From positions 1,792 to 56,031 of the forward strand of contig CAYTBG010000004.1 in assembly GCA_964435925.1 (NCBI GenBank): a stretch of DNA of 54,240 nt, in the 5' to 3' direction. Origin of the DNA: an uncultured Eubacteriales bacterium (GTDB lineage Bacteria; Acidobacteriota; Aminicenantia; Aminicenantales; Aminicenantaceae). The notes below the pieces were generated by a model that did not search any database, had not been told where the DNA came from, and worked only from the letters and a program-made list of their open reading frames with translations. The stretch's first letter is position 1. The number at the start of each line of letters is the position of its first letter. Below, in pieces: positions 53,847 to 54,240 of this stretch. Position numbers and translations under genes: made by a program.

Positions 53847-54034
53847 AATAACCTCCTTGGAATTAAGCCTCTCAAGGTAAGGCAGGATTTTGATGAATTA
53901 TTCATAATTATAAATACTTGCCAGTTTTTCTTAAAATCCTCTGATAGCGGAAATGTTATAGTGAAGAGTTATTATTGTCAAGAAGGCACTCTCTTAAGTA
54001 GGCATTTCCAATTTCGTTATTAGGAACGGTGAGT

Positions 54035-54087
54035 ATGGGGAACGTCCCCATTAACTGGCATTCCTCGGGATAAGGTCTGACCCTTTG
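54035..54087. repeat. REP-like palindromes
   Basis: ATGGGGAACGTCCCCAT 54035-54051 and AAGGTCTGACCCTTT near 54072. Confidence 0.55.
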
Positions 54088-54130
54088 ATCAAACTTCGCA
54101 AAGTAATATTTGTTCCTGATAAAAGGGGAG

Positions 54131-54238
54131 CTATTTTTTGTTAAGGTCCAGTCTTTCTCTAAAGTAGCCGATGGTTTTAAGCAGCCCCTCCTCTAAACCT
54201 ATTTTTGGCTGCCAGCCGAGTTTTTCTTTGGCTAATGA
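54131..54238 (-). CDS. NAD-dependent epimerase/dehydratase C-terminus (partial, from right edge)
   Basis: SLAKEKLGWQPKIGLEEGLLKTIGYFRERL...*. Confidence 0.75.
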   Translation of the reverse strand, partial: SLAKEKLGWQPKIGLEEGLLKTIGYFRERLDLNKK

Positions 54239-54240
54239 GA

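Overview
Bacterial chromosomal window. The gene content (two PadR + long ABC-permease pairs, a 6-bladed-propeller-type lipoprotein, GspG-like pilins) suggests Acidobacteriota/Ca. Aminicenantes; this is inference only. The housekeeping backbone comprises a MurQ/GKRP-like SIS protein, a kinase + dCMP deaminase pair, ALDH, DUF362, tatAC, an S41 protease, rpiB, an archaeal-type glyA, purDE, mtaB, an MFP + 2 permease exporter, mpg, mutL, pilBTCSR + 2 pilins, plsC, gmhA, PEPCK, an aminotransferase-PEPCK-like fusion and flotillin. An AT-rich accessory region of about 9 kb follows tRNA-Pro/tRNA-Arg. It has no integrase but holds two tRNA remnants with duplicated flanks, single genes separated by a ~58 bp hairpin+promoter repeat, dif-like direct repeats around an AbiE-type TA pair, and a RelBE pair. 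REP-like palindromes occur throughout, and twice a direct pair brackets a single foreign-looking gene, one with integron-cassette boundary motifs. Best candidates for undescribed biology: (1) the AspAT::degenerate-PEPCK-like fusion beside an atypical PEPCK; (2) the integrase-less repeat/cassette array; (3) REP-bracketed cargo genes; (4) the dif-flanked TA module; (5) a split P-loop + deaminase pair resembling antiviral dCTP deaminases. All homology calls are by-eye motif recognition; no searches were run.
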